Assembly: GCF_009834535.1 (NCBI RefSeq)
Contig: NC_045697.1
Span: 87,422,001 to 87,486,000, forward strand
DNA length: 64,000 bases
Reading direction: 5' to 3'
Source: Camelus ferus
Taxonomy: Eukaryota
The notes under the pieces are model-generated. The model searched no databases. It saw only the letters and a list, made by a program, of their open reading frames with translations, and was not told where the DNA came from. Of this stretch, positions 50,520 through 64,000 are shown piece after piece. The translations under genes were made by a program, and so were the position numbers. Within the stretch, counting starts at the first letter, position 1. Each line of letters starts with the position of its first letter.

Positions 50520-51437
50520 AAATTTTTTTTATTGAGGTAAAACTCCTTTACAACATTATGTAAGTTTCCTGTGTACATTACACATCTATCTCTAAATACC
50601 CTACAGCACACCGACCACTGAAAATTTAGTTTCCATCCACATCCATTCAGTTGATCCCCTGTACCCATTTCTCCCTTCCCTGTGCTCCTTCCCCTCTGGT
50701 AACTGCTACTCTGTTTTCTGTATCTACGTGTTTGTTTTTGTTTGGTTTGTTCATTTACTTTGTTTGTTTTTTATATTCTATATAGGGGTGAAATCATACA
50801 ATATTTGTCTTATTTCACATAGCATAACGCCCTCAAAGTCTACCCAAGTTGTCTCAAATGGCGAGATTTCATCTTTTTTTTTCATGGCTGAGTAGTATTA
50901 CATTATATATATGTGTGTATTAATGTATATTATATATGTGTATATAGATATATATAATACTATATATGTATATGTACGACACATTTTCTATATCCATTCA
51001 TTCATTGATAGGCACTTAGGGTATTTCCCTCCCTTGGCAACTATAAATAATGCCACAGTGTATGTAGGGGTGTATGTATCTTTTCAGATGAGTGTTTTTG
51101 TATTCTTTGCATAAAAAATACCCAGAAGTGGCATAGCTGGATGATAGAGTAGTTCTAGTCTTAATTTTTTTTCAAGTTAATTAATTATTTTTAATTTAAT
51201 TTAATTTTTTACATTTTTTATTGAGTTATAGTCATTTTACAGTGTTGTGTAAAATTCCAGTGTGGAGCACAATTTTTCAGTTATACATGAACATACATAT
51301 ATTTATTGTCACATTTTTTTTCACTGTGAGCTACCGCAAGATCTTGTATATATTTCCCTGTGCTATACAGTATAATCTTGTTTAGTCTAAATTTTTTGAG
51401 GAATCTCCATACTATTTTCCATAGTGGCTGCACCCAG
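50520..51437 (-). mobile_element. L1MA-like 3' end with a nested younger L1 3' end (~51165-51385)
   Basis: Typical L1 3' UTR; the nested piece is bounded by the direct repeat tagtct(t/a)aatttttt. Confidence 0.85.
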
Positions 51438-54264
51438 TGATAACGTTTTTGGAATAATTCCTCCAGGTCCCCCTACTAAGGAGGACAGCATTTGAACAGA
51501 TGAATAAGGGCTAGTATGGCTGTTTAAAAGTCTCATTATTTAGTTTTTACCTTCCCTCCCAAAGGTATCTGTCTTTGACCAGGGTAATAAGAGGTGTCAC
51601 CCTAGGGTAGGAGTTATGACTGAGGGGTATCGCAAAGCTCTGCTTAACCCATACCTCCCCCGTTTCCTCCCTTACCTGTCCTGGTGCTTCCTTCCCTACT
51701 CTTTGGCTTATGAGTCCAGCCCAGGTTTAATGACAGGATTCCTCATGGGACACCAGAAGCTGAGGCATCATCCCTACAAGGTCACATTTAGAAAACTAAG
51801 CCACCACTGGGAGGCTGATCAGACTTAGTTGTCATTATTTAGGTTACTTTGGAGGACAGGAGGTGACAGAAATCTGAGGTGGTTTGTGCTAATAGACTTT
51901 GTGCCCAAATGGCTATTATTAAAAAATACACTGCTCTTTTGCAGGCGTCTAGGATCTCCTGGTCCACAGCTATAAAGGCAGACCTAAAGAGCTAATGGTC
52001 AGGAAAATCAGGTCCGCTTTAAGCCTGTGCTTAACTAGGACTTGTAGTGTTAAGGCAACTAGTGCTGAGACCGTAGAATTCTATTGTAACCTATTGTCTG
52101 GAGATAAGAAAACACCGTGTTACTGGTTCCAGCGTCACAATGAGAGAGCTCACTTTACACCATCACGTACTCAGGGGATGTGATTTAATCTGCGATATTA
52201 TTGAATCTCTGGAAAAGTCAGTTGTGGATCTCCTGTGGATTTTTACCGTGTGTATTCCAAATAAAAGCAACAAAAATGAGTACGAATCTTTTGTATATGG
52301 TCAAAGACGAGTTAGTCAAGTGTCAGCGCTGTATAATCACATTCTTCTCAACACGTGTGTGGCTTCTGAACGCTGGCAAAGCAGCATTACAGTGGGGGTG
52401 GAGGGGGGTTGCTGGCGTTTTGGAATGAGTGAACGGCACCCACATAGCATAGATGGCAATGAAAATTTTCAGCTCAGAGATTCAGACAGGCTCTCTGCTG
52501 AAAAGGGATGAGGCTAATCCACTGACAGCTAATCAGAAGGTTTTTGTGAAACAGAGTAAATCCTCCTTGCTTTTGAAAGTATTGGCTTCCCCTTGCTCAG
52601 ACCTAGTTATGGCCATAGCAAACCATGGGGAATTCGAATCAGAGACCTTAGGAGGCTGAGGGGCCAAGCCCGAGCAAGTCCAGACTGTCCTGCCAAAGCC
52701 CACATGCAGGGAGATATAGTTCCTCTATTTGCTACTTTCCGGAGGGCTGGACCTGTTTTCTGTATTAGTGGAAATTAAAGCTGTAAGACATGGCAGTGTA
52801 AAATAAAACTCCAGGAGGGAGGGTCAGCTTCAGAAAATACCCTTTTTCTAATTTAACCTTCTATTGCTTGAGCAATAAGGCTATAACCCCAGTGAAGCTA
52901 ACAGTACATCTGGAATGAAATCCTTTCATGAAACTTGGAGAAGAGAATATCCCATTTTATAACGTTGAATGTGTCTTTGCCACATGAGTAAGACTGACGT
53001 GGCCTTGCTAGTAAGGAACAACATTGCTGTTAGTTTTTAAATTATTGGCATACGGTAACTTTATGTGGACTTGCTGGCATAGACAGGGAAATAGCTGATT
53101 CTGAACAGACCATGGCTTTAGCATCAAATCACTGACATACTGTAAAATGATCAGTTCACTGGTAGAAGCAGAATATTAGGCCCGCTTCTCTCCCCATCTC
53201 CAGCATAGCTTATTGTTCACCTCTTAACTGTATTTGTCTTAAGGCATCAGGGAATCTATCATGGTAGAGATCTTTATGGGGAAAGTCACATTCCCAGAAA
53301 ACAAAATCATGCATCTATATGCGTGTGCATATAATTCACGGAGAAAGAGAAAAACAAGGCTGAAGCCTGTTTGCTAAGAGCGGATTATGCTAAGTTTATG
53401 ATCTTAATTTCTGCACCTATGTCATCAACAGCTTTGCCTGATTCAGCTTATAAGAACATTCATTATAGAAAGTAAAGAAGTCTAGCCTGTGGCTGCTCAG
53501 CTAATGAATAATGAAAACAGGATAATTTCAACCTGACAAAAGAAGAATGTATATAACAAGTATGCTAGACTATATAAAATATCTGAAGTCCTCACCCTAG
53601 TCGGTACCTAAAACATTGCCCTGTTCTTTAGCCTTGTATTGTAGGACATGAAGTCTTAGAATGAATGTGCTAGTACATTCAATAGAGTAAAATTTTGTAA
53701 GTTTAAACTAAGAAAGAATAACTTGGTATGAATAGTAAAACCTATTAAAATTTAAAAAAAATATTAAAGAAAAATAGATAAAACCGACTGTAAAAAATGT
53801 TTAATTATTCTTAAACAGACATGAGCCCAAACACATTGGACTTAATTTGGGGGCTTTTTTAACTTGACAGTCCTCCACCCTTCCGCACCTGGCTTAGAAT
53901 CACTGCCAGGTGAGCCCATTACTGACTGATGAGCGTGTGTCATACCTGCACTTGGGAGGGGCAGGAAGCAAGAGTGGAAACTACTGACCCAGACTGGAAG
54001 GTCTTAAACATCTTCCAGACGACCCTATTTGTACCATTCAGTTTCTTTCTATGTGGTACAAAAGAAAATTTCCCCTGGCTGCTGAACTAAAATGATTATA
54101 AGTGATTGGAATTTTAGATAATAGAGTTTTAGGTAAAATTTTCATTTAATTTTTGTTTGTTTGTTTGTTTTAGAATCATACCTAGATAAGATACAATGTA
54201 GAGACGTGGAATAAAAGAAAATACATTTCACTCACTGTCATTTTGGGTGTGCATCTGTGGCACC

Positions 54265-54375
54265 TAGTCTGAGATTAAGTGTTTGTCCAGGACTGAGGGG
54301 ATTGTCCTGGACATGGGACTTTCAGTGCTAAAACTGAGAAAGTTCTGGGCAAAGTGGGAGAAACTGCTTGCCTAA
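54265..54375. mobile_element. MER81-like hAT MITE
   Basis: 'tttgtccaggactgagggga...gggactttcagtgctaaaactgagaaagttctgggcaaa'. Confidence 0.7.
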
Positions 54376-54559
54376 ATGTATTCTCCCAAGTGAGACTTAA
54401 CACAAGAACTGCTTGTCTTAGCCCAGTCATCTCAGGCAATCAGTGGAAAAGAAATAGAGAACAAGCTAGTTGTTTTAAGCTATTAAGTTTTGGAGTGGTT
54501 TGATTCTATCATCTATGTATTTGTCTGTCTACCCACCTGTCTGTCTGTCTGGCTATCTA

Positions 54560-55840
54560 TCTGTCTATCTAGCTAAAATTGTACTCAGGGCTTTGTAACA
54601 GGATTTTAAAAATAACAGTATGTTATGGATCTATTTTCATGTTTTAAAATGACCCTTTACAACATCAGTTTTAACGGCTGCATGGAATTCCATTGAATGA
54701 GGAACCACAATCTATTTAACAGCTCTCATATCATTGGACTTTTATGTTGCTTCCCATTTTTTGCTCTTGCAAACAATGCTTACCCAAATATCCTTACAGC
54801 TAAATCTTTGCACGCAAACTCCACAATCTTTTTTAAGATTCTTAGAAGTGGAATTGCTTAAAAGTGGAATTACTGTTTTGAGGTTTTTGATGAATATCGC
54901 CAAATTGCTCTTCTTAAACGTTGTGCTAATATTCAGACCCACTGACTGTGTGTGAGAATGCTCATTTGCAGACAGCGGGTTTGCAACAAGACGAGCTCCC
55001 AAACTCCATCAACTTGACAAGTTAATGAGACCCTCTTACATTCTACGGTTAGTCTCAGGTGCACCACAGTGAGATCCCTCTGGTCAATTTAAAACTGTGC
55101 CATGAGAATGTGTTCTGTGCAGCAGCTCCTGATGTTTACATAAATCATTACTTAAGCCCTCAACATCATCAAATATTTATTTAACATCCGCCGTGGGTTA
55201 AGAATTGCAGCCGTGAGCCGATGCAGCTTAGAGTGCAAGGGAGGGCACAGAGGCGTAGTTCATTACCTTTGCCTTGGGAGTATTTTCTTTTTCCTTCCTC
55301 TTCGTAGCTTTATAAAATCAAATTATGGGAAAACCATCCTGCAATTTAGAAAATTAACCATTTTACATTATGAAATATAAAATACTTTCATAAAAGAGCA
55401 CCATACATATGTGTGGTATTAACAGTTAAAGTTGAACTTTTATGTAACCACCATACAACTCAAGAAATAGAACATTACCCACACCTGAACCCCCCCATCC
55501 CCACCCCTCCCGTGTGTCCTTATGGAAAGGCAACCTCTTCCTGCCCCCGAAAGGTAACCACCATTCTAATGCTATGGTAGTCCTTTCCTTTCTTTTCTTT
55601 CTTGCTCTACCATCGTTTAGTTTTGCCTGCTTTTAACTTTATATCAAGAAAATCCCAATGAGTTATTCTTCCGATTTTCTGCTTTTGCTCAACATTATGT
55701 AAGATTCATCTCTTGTATTCTGGGTAATTGCATCATATTCCACAGTATAACTGTGCCATAAGTTTTAATCCATTCTACTGTTGATGGATTTGGGTTGTTA
55801 CCAATTTTTGGCTTTTGAGCCAGTTGAAGATTGATGATGT
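54560..55840 (-). mobile_element. L1ME-like fragments (about 54560-55010 and 55340-55840)
   Basis: 'ttcttagaagtggaattgct', 'atgtaaccaccatacaactcaagaaatagaacatt', 'ccattctactgttgatgga'. Confidence 0.7.
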
Positions 55841-57871
55841 AACCATGAAGCAGATGCAGGGAAGGAACAGACTTCATATTAGATGCATAAATAAGTCCAC
55901 TCTTTGAAAGAGATTAGTTCCTTTGTGATGAATTTTCCCCTTCCAGCGCTTTCAGCTTTGATGATTTGCTTAATTTATAGTTTTGATTGTGAATCCTATT
56001 GTCTCGAATCCTCTTTAATTACAGCTGTTTAGTGAGGGTTTTTTCCTTCCTCCCTGTGGGACTGTGTGTACATAGGAAACACTCCCGGTGGCCGGCCACC
56101 ACTGCAACTGCCCGAGTGCGGTCCTCCTGCCACAGTTGCTGTTCTGGGTGAAAATGGAACTTTTGGAGAACACAGCAGCCTCAGAGAGAGGAGGCTTCCT
56201 CTAGTATTCAGGAAGTGGGCAGGGCTGAAGAAAGGATGATGTGTGGCTAGCGAAACAAGCTTTGCCCATTTTAGAATTACTCTTTGAACCAGCCATGTGT
56301 CCAGAGAGGAAGGTGGGGGAAGTCTCTTTCCTTTTTAAAATTTGTTTTTTCTTGAGTTTTAATTTCTAAAGTCAAGAATTCCTGCTATTACTCTTAGTTT
56401 CCTTGGATAGCTAAATTATTCACTAAATAGGAATTTGGGAGCTAGTTCCCAGATCTCCCACGTCACTCAAGCAGCTCTTATCTCTATATGAATTCCCCAT
56501 GAAAACTGAAAAGCTATCCTGTAGCAGCTGAAAGCAGGCCAAACACCATTGGAAATAATCATGTTTGGGCAGCACACCACATGCGTGGAAATGCACGAAG
56601 ACTCCCTTAATATGCCAGAGTAAGAAATGGGCCACACTTTCAAAATGCCCAGTGCTGCTCAGATGTGTGGCAAACGTGTGTGAGCGTTGATGTGTGTCTG
56701 TATAGGAGAAACAGCAGGAACTGGATGGGTCAGTGGGCATTCATTCAGATTCACAAACTACTGGTCTTAGTTCCCCTTTCAAAGAATGTAAGAAACTCTG
56801 GTAGTTTGGTTCTAGTCCTGCATTTAATTCAGTTTCTTCTGACTTCCATTCACCTTTGGTCACTGCTTATGCCCCCACTGGGAGGTTAGAGGAGCACAGG
56901 CTTCGAAATCATGTGGCGCATAGCATTTTCACAGTTTTGTGGGTAAGTGGTTTTGTTAACTGCCCTTTCCAAAGATAGGGTTAACAGAAAACGATTTCTA
57001 AATTTTATCAGATTCGGTTTCCAATAGTGTCTGGGATTCTTGGTGGAAAAATCTGTCCCATGGGCTCTATGTCCAATAAACTTGGCAGGAAGATTGACCT
57101 GAAGCAGCAAGTGTCCCCACGAGACTCGCTAAAACTTAACTTCAGATGGTTTCCATTATGTGGGGTGTGCCACTAAAAGTCCTTGGAAAATGGGGATAGC
57201 AGTGTCTATCTGATGGGAGGCTTCAAGGACATCATACATGTAGAACACTTAGCACACCAATGCCTCAAACAAAAAGCAACATTTGTTGCTAATATAATCA
57301 GAACCTAATAATATATCTTCACTGTTGGTAAGGATGGCAGGACTTGTGAATAACTATCAGATAAATAGCTGATAAAACTAGCTAAAAAGCTAGACAAAAG
57401 ATATATGGCTGGACTGTCATACAGTCATGCTGCTCCTTTGTTGGCATTCCCTTGGTCTGATCATGACCTGAGTGGGCTCCGTCTTGCCTGTAGGTTTCCC
57501 CAGTGTGCACCAGCAGCTGGATTTCCATTCCTTTTTATTCTTCCCTTTCAGTGCTGTTGTTGAGTGGTGCTGGAATCCAGCAGTACTTGATGATCCCAGT
57601 TTGATGAATATCCTGTGTGTGTGTGTGTGTAGTGCTCCTATATGCGTGTTGGTACATGAACTTAGACTTTGTTAGGTCCATATCCCCTCATCTAGAGCAA
57701 TGTGCTGACTCCAAAAAAAGTCCAGTGATACCTGAAATGTGCTCTGATGAGAGTATGTATGTGTCCGGTAAGTCGAAGTGCCTGAATGACATGCTTATGA
57801 ATGTTAGACAATGTTTATAGCTTGAGTTGCAGAAGTTTTACCAATGGAATTTTTTTGTATGCCTTAGATTC

Positions 57872-58075
57872 TAAGGGAATGTCCACTTCTTCTGTAAAGG
57901 ACAAGATAATAAATACTTTGGACTTTGCAGGTTACATACAGTCTCTGTCACATATTCTTCCTTCCCTCCCTCCCTCCATCCCTTTCTCCTTCCTTCCTTC
58001 CTTTCTTTTTTTCTTTTCTTTCTTTCTCTCTCTTTCTTAAAAAAATATAAAAGTCATTCACCCAGGAGTAGGCGA
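57872..58075 (+). mobile_element. MER58-like hAT element containing a CT-rich simple repeat
   Basis: 'ttctgtaaaggacaagataataaatactttggactttgcagg...gtctctgtcacatattctt'. Confidence 0.7.
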
Positions 58076-59532
58076 GTAGGGAGGTGGCAGGTGAGAGGTC
58101 ATGTATAGGACTAAGGCCAGAGGCCCCTGGCTGTAATCTGCCTACCTCCATATGACATCACATTGGGCATACTGAAAAAACGTGATCTTGCTAGGCAGGC
58201 TTTGGGAAATCAGTATGGACTGACTGATTGATTTCCTATTTTTGAGTCATTCTTTAGGTGATGGGGAGTTGAATCCTTCACACCACCATCACCCCTCCTT
58301 TGTAGCCACATCATTAGGGAGTAAACTTGAGGTGATTGTAAATTTCTCTACTGGACTGAGCAGTACATCATTAGTGAGTGTCATGAGTCCTGTGGTAACA
58401 ATCTGTGAAGTCCTTTGAGGTGAAAGGCAAAATCATAAATATTAATTATAGCCATTGTTTTGATGAAAGGAGGATTACTGGAGGCACAGAAGCCTCTAAA
58501 TCTACCTATTAAACCATACTCCAGCTCTTAAGTTTTTGAATGAAGGGGTTAAATTATGTTAGAAAAGAAAGTCCATGGGATTCTTCTGTGGTCTGAAGCC
58601 TCATAAAAGGCTAACTTTTCATATGATACTATTTTAGAAATGCCTTCCAAAGCTTTCAGAGTCATTTTCATGAGGAAAAAAATTCAAAAAAGAAACATTT
58701 TAAGCTATTAGTGCTTTTCATCAGGAATGCAGTAATAGAGTCGTGTTATTGGTGCAAAGCCCCAGACTTCAGTGTTAAAAGGAACCCCGTCTACAGGGTG
58801 AAATTTTTAAGGAGATATAAAACACACTTAAGGCCTTTTGAAATAGTTATGAAAGAGGAGAAAAAACTTGAATAAACATATTTTTCATATTTTATATGTG
58901 TTACTATGGAGAAAAATAATTAGAAAGTTACTGAGTGATTTCATTTAGATCAAAATGTTTCCTTTGTGCCTTGCTATACTAGCCAAAAAGCCATAAACTA
59001 TGCTGGTGGAAGGTGCTGATTATTTACTATCCTTATAAATGTCATCTTTTAAAGTCCCAGTGCTTGAAAAAGAAAAGGGATGATGTGTCACCATGTTAAA
59101 GGAAACTTATTTAGAAGTGAAGGGGCAGGTAAAACTCCAAGAGAATCAGTGGGTGATTACATTTTAATTTGTACATAGGCTTGTAAAAAGATGAGACCAA
59201 AAGCTTGGTTTTTAGCAAGATTTTTCTTATTCTAAAAGTAAAAATTATAAAGTAAGGAAAGTGATTTTAAAAAATCATATGTCCTAATACTCAGGGAAAA
59301 AGCCACCATTAAAATGTTATCTTTATTTATCCATCTATTTTGAACATAATTAGTTGACACAATGAGTATTGTTTCATAACTAGCTTTTTTTCCCCCCACT
59401 TAATAAATCAGATCATCTTTGCGTGCCATCTATGCATTTAATTTTTGTTGGGTTACACTTCAGTAAGTTAATTTTAATGGCCACACAAGTCTGAGTCTGT
59501 GGTTTGCTTAACCAGTCCTGTTGGACATACAG

Positions 59533-60110
59533 GTGTATCGGTCAGAATGCATTTGGTTGCAGTGACAGAAAACGGATCTCCAAAAAGTTTATCCAAAAAG
59601 GGGAATTTGGTGGCTCTTGATATAAGGAAGGAAGAGGTCGGGTCAGCCTCAGAGTCCCCTGGATCCAGAACTGGGAGTATCAGGACTGTCTTCCCATTTC
59701 TCAGCCTTAAGTCTTGGCTTCTTTCGCACAGTCACTCATTCTGTCACTTCAGGTGGCTTCTTGAATGGAGATGATGGCAGGCAGCTGCAGAGTTAGAGGA
59801 CAGTCCCCGGGGGAAGGCTTAGCAATGCTGAAGTAGGGAGCGCATCCTCTCATCTTCAGACTGGGGAATCTTGGGAAAAGAGAGGCTCAGAAAGACTCGC
59901 CTTTGGGCAGGTGCTCCCTCCTGGACCAGTTGCTACTGCCAGCAAGTATTACTCCCATTGCCTGGGCCTGGGTCATGGACCTCCCTGTTGTCAGGGGGAC
60001 AGGCAGGGATGTGGGATTTATAGACCCATTCAAATGGGAGAGGCACAGTTTTTCCTTGTAGGGAGTTGGGGAAGGCTGGTCATAGAAGACTGGAAAATAT
60101 GGTGCTATGC
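59533..60110 (-). mobile_element. MLT1K-like MaLR LTR
   Basis: 'tgtatcggtcagaatgcatttggttgcagtgacagaaa', 'attgcctgggcctgggtcatg'. Confidence 0.7.
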
Positions 60111-60861
60111 AGATAAATATAAGCCTTGTCCATTATGTAGACTGTTAGCAGTTTATGCAATTAAATGTTTATGTTTATAGCTAAATCTTGAGCTAAAGTT
60201 TAAAAATAGAGGTCATATTGGTTTCTCCAGATCTCTGTTGCATTTTCCTAAACATCTTCAGAGGATTAGAACAAAGTATGAGAGTAATAGTACAGAATAA
60301 AGACTGAAGAATTGTATCTCCCACGCTATTCTGTTTCAAGCCTTAAAAACCGTGTTCTAGCTTCTAAGTACTTGGCTGTATCTGCTTTTCCTTTTATTTA
60401 ATAAATTGGTTTCAATTTCACCAACTCCTGTTTCCTGAATTAAGGACTTCCTGCATTAACAAGTCCATTATCTGAATTACAACTTGCTGTGATTGGTCCA
60501 CATACAAGCCAGCAACACTGTAAGTTGTCCTGGGGTCTGAGCAAGACTCCTTTTATTTGTTCTCTCAAGAGACTCAGGTTGTGTGTTGATGAACGGGTTG
60601 TACATTACTGCTCTCATCCTCCCCATATTGTTAATGTGATGTCTTTCAAGATAGTGCAAAAGCCTTTAAGGAAATTGGGTGAGAGTGAGAAATCTTGAAG
60701 AGCTGCCCCGTAGGAGAAAAGCTTCACATGATGAAGCTGTCTTCTCTACTCCTCTTCACCTTCTGTTAACCTCCAAAGAGCAGTTGCAACCACAGACTGT
60801 AATTTGGTGCCTCTGGCCACCAAACCTTCCAGCAGTAGCCTTTCAAAAATAGTTGTCTTGA

Positions 60862-60952
60862 TGGGGGCTATGTATCGCTCAATAGTAGAGCACATGCTTA
60901 GCATGCACAAGGTCCTGGGTTCATTCCCCAGTACCTCCATTAAAAAAAAAAA
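60862..60952 (+). mobile_element. vic-1-type SINE, short form
   Basis: 'gtatcgctcaatagtagagcacatgcttagcatgcacaaggtcctgggttcattccccagtacctcca' plus poly-A; TSD agtt(g/a)tcttg on both sides. Confidence 0.9.
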
Positions 60953-61608
60953 GTTATCTTGTTTATTTTATTTTTCTGAGTCCTCCTTGAATTCTCATGT
61001 ATCTTTAACATACTACTTCATTCTTTATTTAGCTGCCAGTGCATGTTTGGGGTAGTGCTGAAGGAAAAACGTAACTCATATCTGATTCTGTACAATATCA
61101 TTAAGTACTGCATACAAATATACCCACTAATGAGTTCCTTAAGTGTTAAATAGTTAGGTAATTGGGGTTTTAAATGCTTCTCAGCATGCAGGGCTCTTTG
61201 ATGCATTGTTATGTAGAGGTCTAAGAATGATTCAGTTCTGTTTGGGAAAATTAGTTGGGATTTTCGGACACATTGGGGACACATTATTATTTTTCACATG
61301 AAAGATAATAATGGATTTATAGTTCCTGTCATCCAAAAGTTAGCTCACCCATTTTGGGGAAATGATTAAACTTACTCTGCAACACATTTTTCAGGATTGG
61401 ATAATGAGGCATTCCTGTATAAGCTAATTAAAATCGGAGATTATTTTGATTAAACACAGCAAATGCACCGCAGCAAGTGTAGTGCTTCCGTGTGATGCCT
61501 CCTCACCCTTTTTCCCTCCTAGAATATCTAATCCAAACGAATTTAATGATTGCATTTTTGCATAAATTCTTTGAAGGGTAAGGCTAGCATGCTGTTAATC
61601 TTTGCATA

Positions 61609-62170
61609 TGAAGGGGGTCAGAAAATGCCACCCCAAAATATGCAATTTGGGGTAAGTTTTATTCTGAGCTTAAGGCGATTAAGAAAGGGCAAACACAGGA
61701 GAGCTCTGCCCCACCCTCCTCCCCAAGGCAGGGCATGTATTTCCTTTTTGTAAAGACAATTTACATGTGTAAAATTTCCATTTGTAGAGTTATTCTCCTC
61801 TTTTGTAAATCTCTTGAGATAATGCATATCACCTCAGATAACTTGAATCTGCACAACAAACCTTTTTAAACAACCCTTATTTATCATGCATTTCCTAGTC
61901 TTCTCTGGAAAACATATCCCCTTGCCAGAAGCCCAAACCATCCATCCTCTCCTTTTCCCTGTCTGGTCCCTTCAGTCCACTTTATCACCCTTTGTTAAAG
62001 TGGTATATAAAACCCTCCTTGTGGCTTTCACTTCTTTTCTGTGAAGCTCCCCCTGTGCACATGAAATAAACCTTTGCTCCTATTAATCTGTCTTCTTTTG
62101 TTGGTTTAATTCACAGATTCCAGGCATGGAACCTGAGAGAGTACAGGGAAGGTTTTTTCTCCCCTCCACA
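61609..62170 (+). mobile_element. MER34-like ERV1 solo LTR
   Basis: Starts TGAAGGGGGTCAGAAAATGCCACCCCAAAATATGC; has TATATAAAA and AATAAA; ends ctcccctccaca. Confidence 0.85.
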
Positions 62171-64000
62171 CGGCTTGCAGTGTGCGACATGCAGCGTATG
62201 CCCAATGTGTTATTTTTAAAGAGATAAAAATTATTTCATGTACTCAGTCTTAATGTCAGTTACGGCTGCACTACTCTACCTGAAAATCTGAAACCTCTTG
62301 GTTGGTTGATTTTAGCAAGCAAATGGTCAAATTAGATGATTCAGACACTGCAAATGAATTAGGTCTCGAAACTTTGTTGCTGGATCTGGGATACTACCTG
62401 AAACTACCAACACCCATGGGCAATTTCAGGAAAGCAGAATCTTGGCTTTGCTTGAAAATCACGAGGAAATAGTCACCCATCCTTGATTATTGGTCATGAA
62501 ATGTGATTGGTCTTAGAAATGGTTCTGCTGATATTGTGATTGGTTTTAGAAATGTTTGTGCTAATATTGGTAATCACCTTAAAAGACAGAATTCCCAAAA
62601 GTCAGAAAAAATGTGAGAGTAAGACCTTTGATAAGGGGTTGCAGGTAGGTAATGGCGGGAGGGTGGCTGGAGAGCGGGGCTGGGAGGAGACTTGGAGCTT
62701 TAAAGAACATGATGGGCTCAGAAATAGCAGAAGGAAGCCACAGAGCAGGGGCAGCACGTGGTGACCGGCCTGGAGTTCTGTTCTTGAACAATGGAAACAA
62801 GGGTGGAACCCAGGAAAGCCCCAGAGTTTTGATTTGGGTGGCTGGAAGGAAGATGGTTTCAACTGGTATCCAGGGGTAGGCCCGGAATTGAGGCACGAAA
62901 AGTTATCTCTCATCCCCAGCCCCCTGCAAGGGCCGTGAGAACTGAGAGAACTGTTGGTCCTTGCAGTGTGGATTGGAAGGTGAACTGGGGTCATTACAGT
63001 CCTGACCGGTGTCCATCTAGGTCAAGCTCAGTGAGCCCAGGTCCCTGGTAATTACCCAGTCTGTACCCCGTGCTACCATCTCAGTGTTCAGAATTTACTC
63101 TAAGCAGTGGCCATACGGTCTGTCTTTCAGAGGAGACAGGACAGGAGTCAGGACTCGATACAGATAAGAGTATTTCAGGAGCATCATCTCTGGAGGAGGA
63201 ATCCCTCAATTCCTGGTGATCATGGCATAAAGTTACTTAAATGTGGACTTTCAGATGATCAGGGCTTCTTCATGGAGGCTTTAAGAACTACAAATACTGC
63301 AGGTTCTGTTGTTCAGATAGTCAGACTGCCACTTCTGAGAGACAAAGAAGCTGACTCTATCTTGTTGAGCAAGGGAGCTGGACTGTTGGAATGCAATGTA
63401 CTTGCAGCTTGCTTGAGCAGGCATATATACCTTTCTGAGTGAGTACAGGGGGTTTTGATTAGTTCTAAGAGAAGAGAGAGACCTTTTTATTAACTCTAAC
63501 AGAATTGGAATAATGCTGATTGGCTCTTGGACCAAAGCTGGGCTGATTCAACCCAGTCAGTTTAAAGCTGTTTCATTTTGGTCAGATAATCCCTGGTAGG
63601 ATTTCAGAAAGCCAGGTTTCTCAAGGGCCGTGATTTGGGAAGAATAAGGTTTCTTAGTGCGACATCCCTGATGTTCACCAGCAGATGGACTTTCGCAGCT
63701 TTGAGCCTATACAGTCAGTCCAACCAAAAAAGAATTTGAATTATGTGGTCTAACCATTTTTATTAATCAAGTTAGCTAGAAAATATTTGAATCTCTTGTT
63801 CATTTTGTGTTATAAATTCTCAGTCTTCAGCAAAACCTAATACTCTTTTGTGTATTAAGAGTAGAGAGTCTAAAGTGGGTTGTGTGTCCTAGAAGTGAAA
63901 GCCATGGGGTATGGCGTCTGGGCCGGAGGGATTCCGAAGTATGTCAGAACGTCCCGTTCCACTACACTGCGCGGGCGTTTATGAAGCGCATGATACTAGT

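Noticed and set aside
61605..62174. TSD around the MER34-like LTR
   Set aside because: The flanks (cata versus cggc or cacg) do not match convincingly
41195..64000. Assigning a gene symbol to the promoter
   Set aside because: There is no coding exon in the window and I do not reliably recognise the UTR sequence

Overview
This is mammalian genomic DNA, not prokaryotic, and almost certainly camelid: it carries five copies of a tRNA-derived SINE matching the camelid vic-1 type (GGGGAGGGTATAGCTCAGTGGTAGAG...). I find no credible intact protein-coding exon; the listed ORFs are chance ORFs or decayed L1/ERV-L remnants. A large part of the window is interspersed repeats (L1, L2, MIR, CR1/L3, MaLR/ERV-L/ERV1 LTRs, hAT and Tigger DNA transposons). 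There are two CpG-rich regulatory regions (~20.0-20.5 kb, and a stronger promoter-like island at ~41.2-42.0 kb with + strand splice donors), so the window may be the upstream region and first intron of a gene I cannot name. Two observations stand out. (1) A tRNA-Asp(GTC) copy is fused head-to-tail to a vic-1 SINE inside one apparent target-site duplication, i.e. a candidate dimeric SINE. (2) A decayed ERV-L gag-pol provirus has a primer-binding site that abuts an LTR resembling MaLR (MLT1) rather than MLT2. Repeat family names come from my recall of consensus sequences, not from a search, and boundaries are approximate unless TSDs or TIRs are quoted. I see no evidence of a new enzymatic system.
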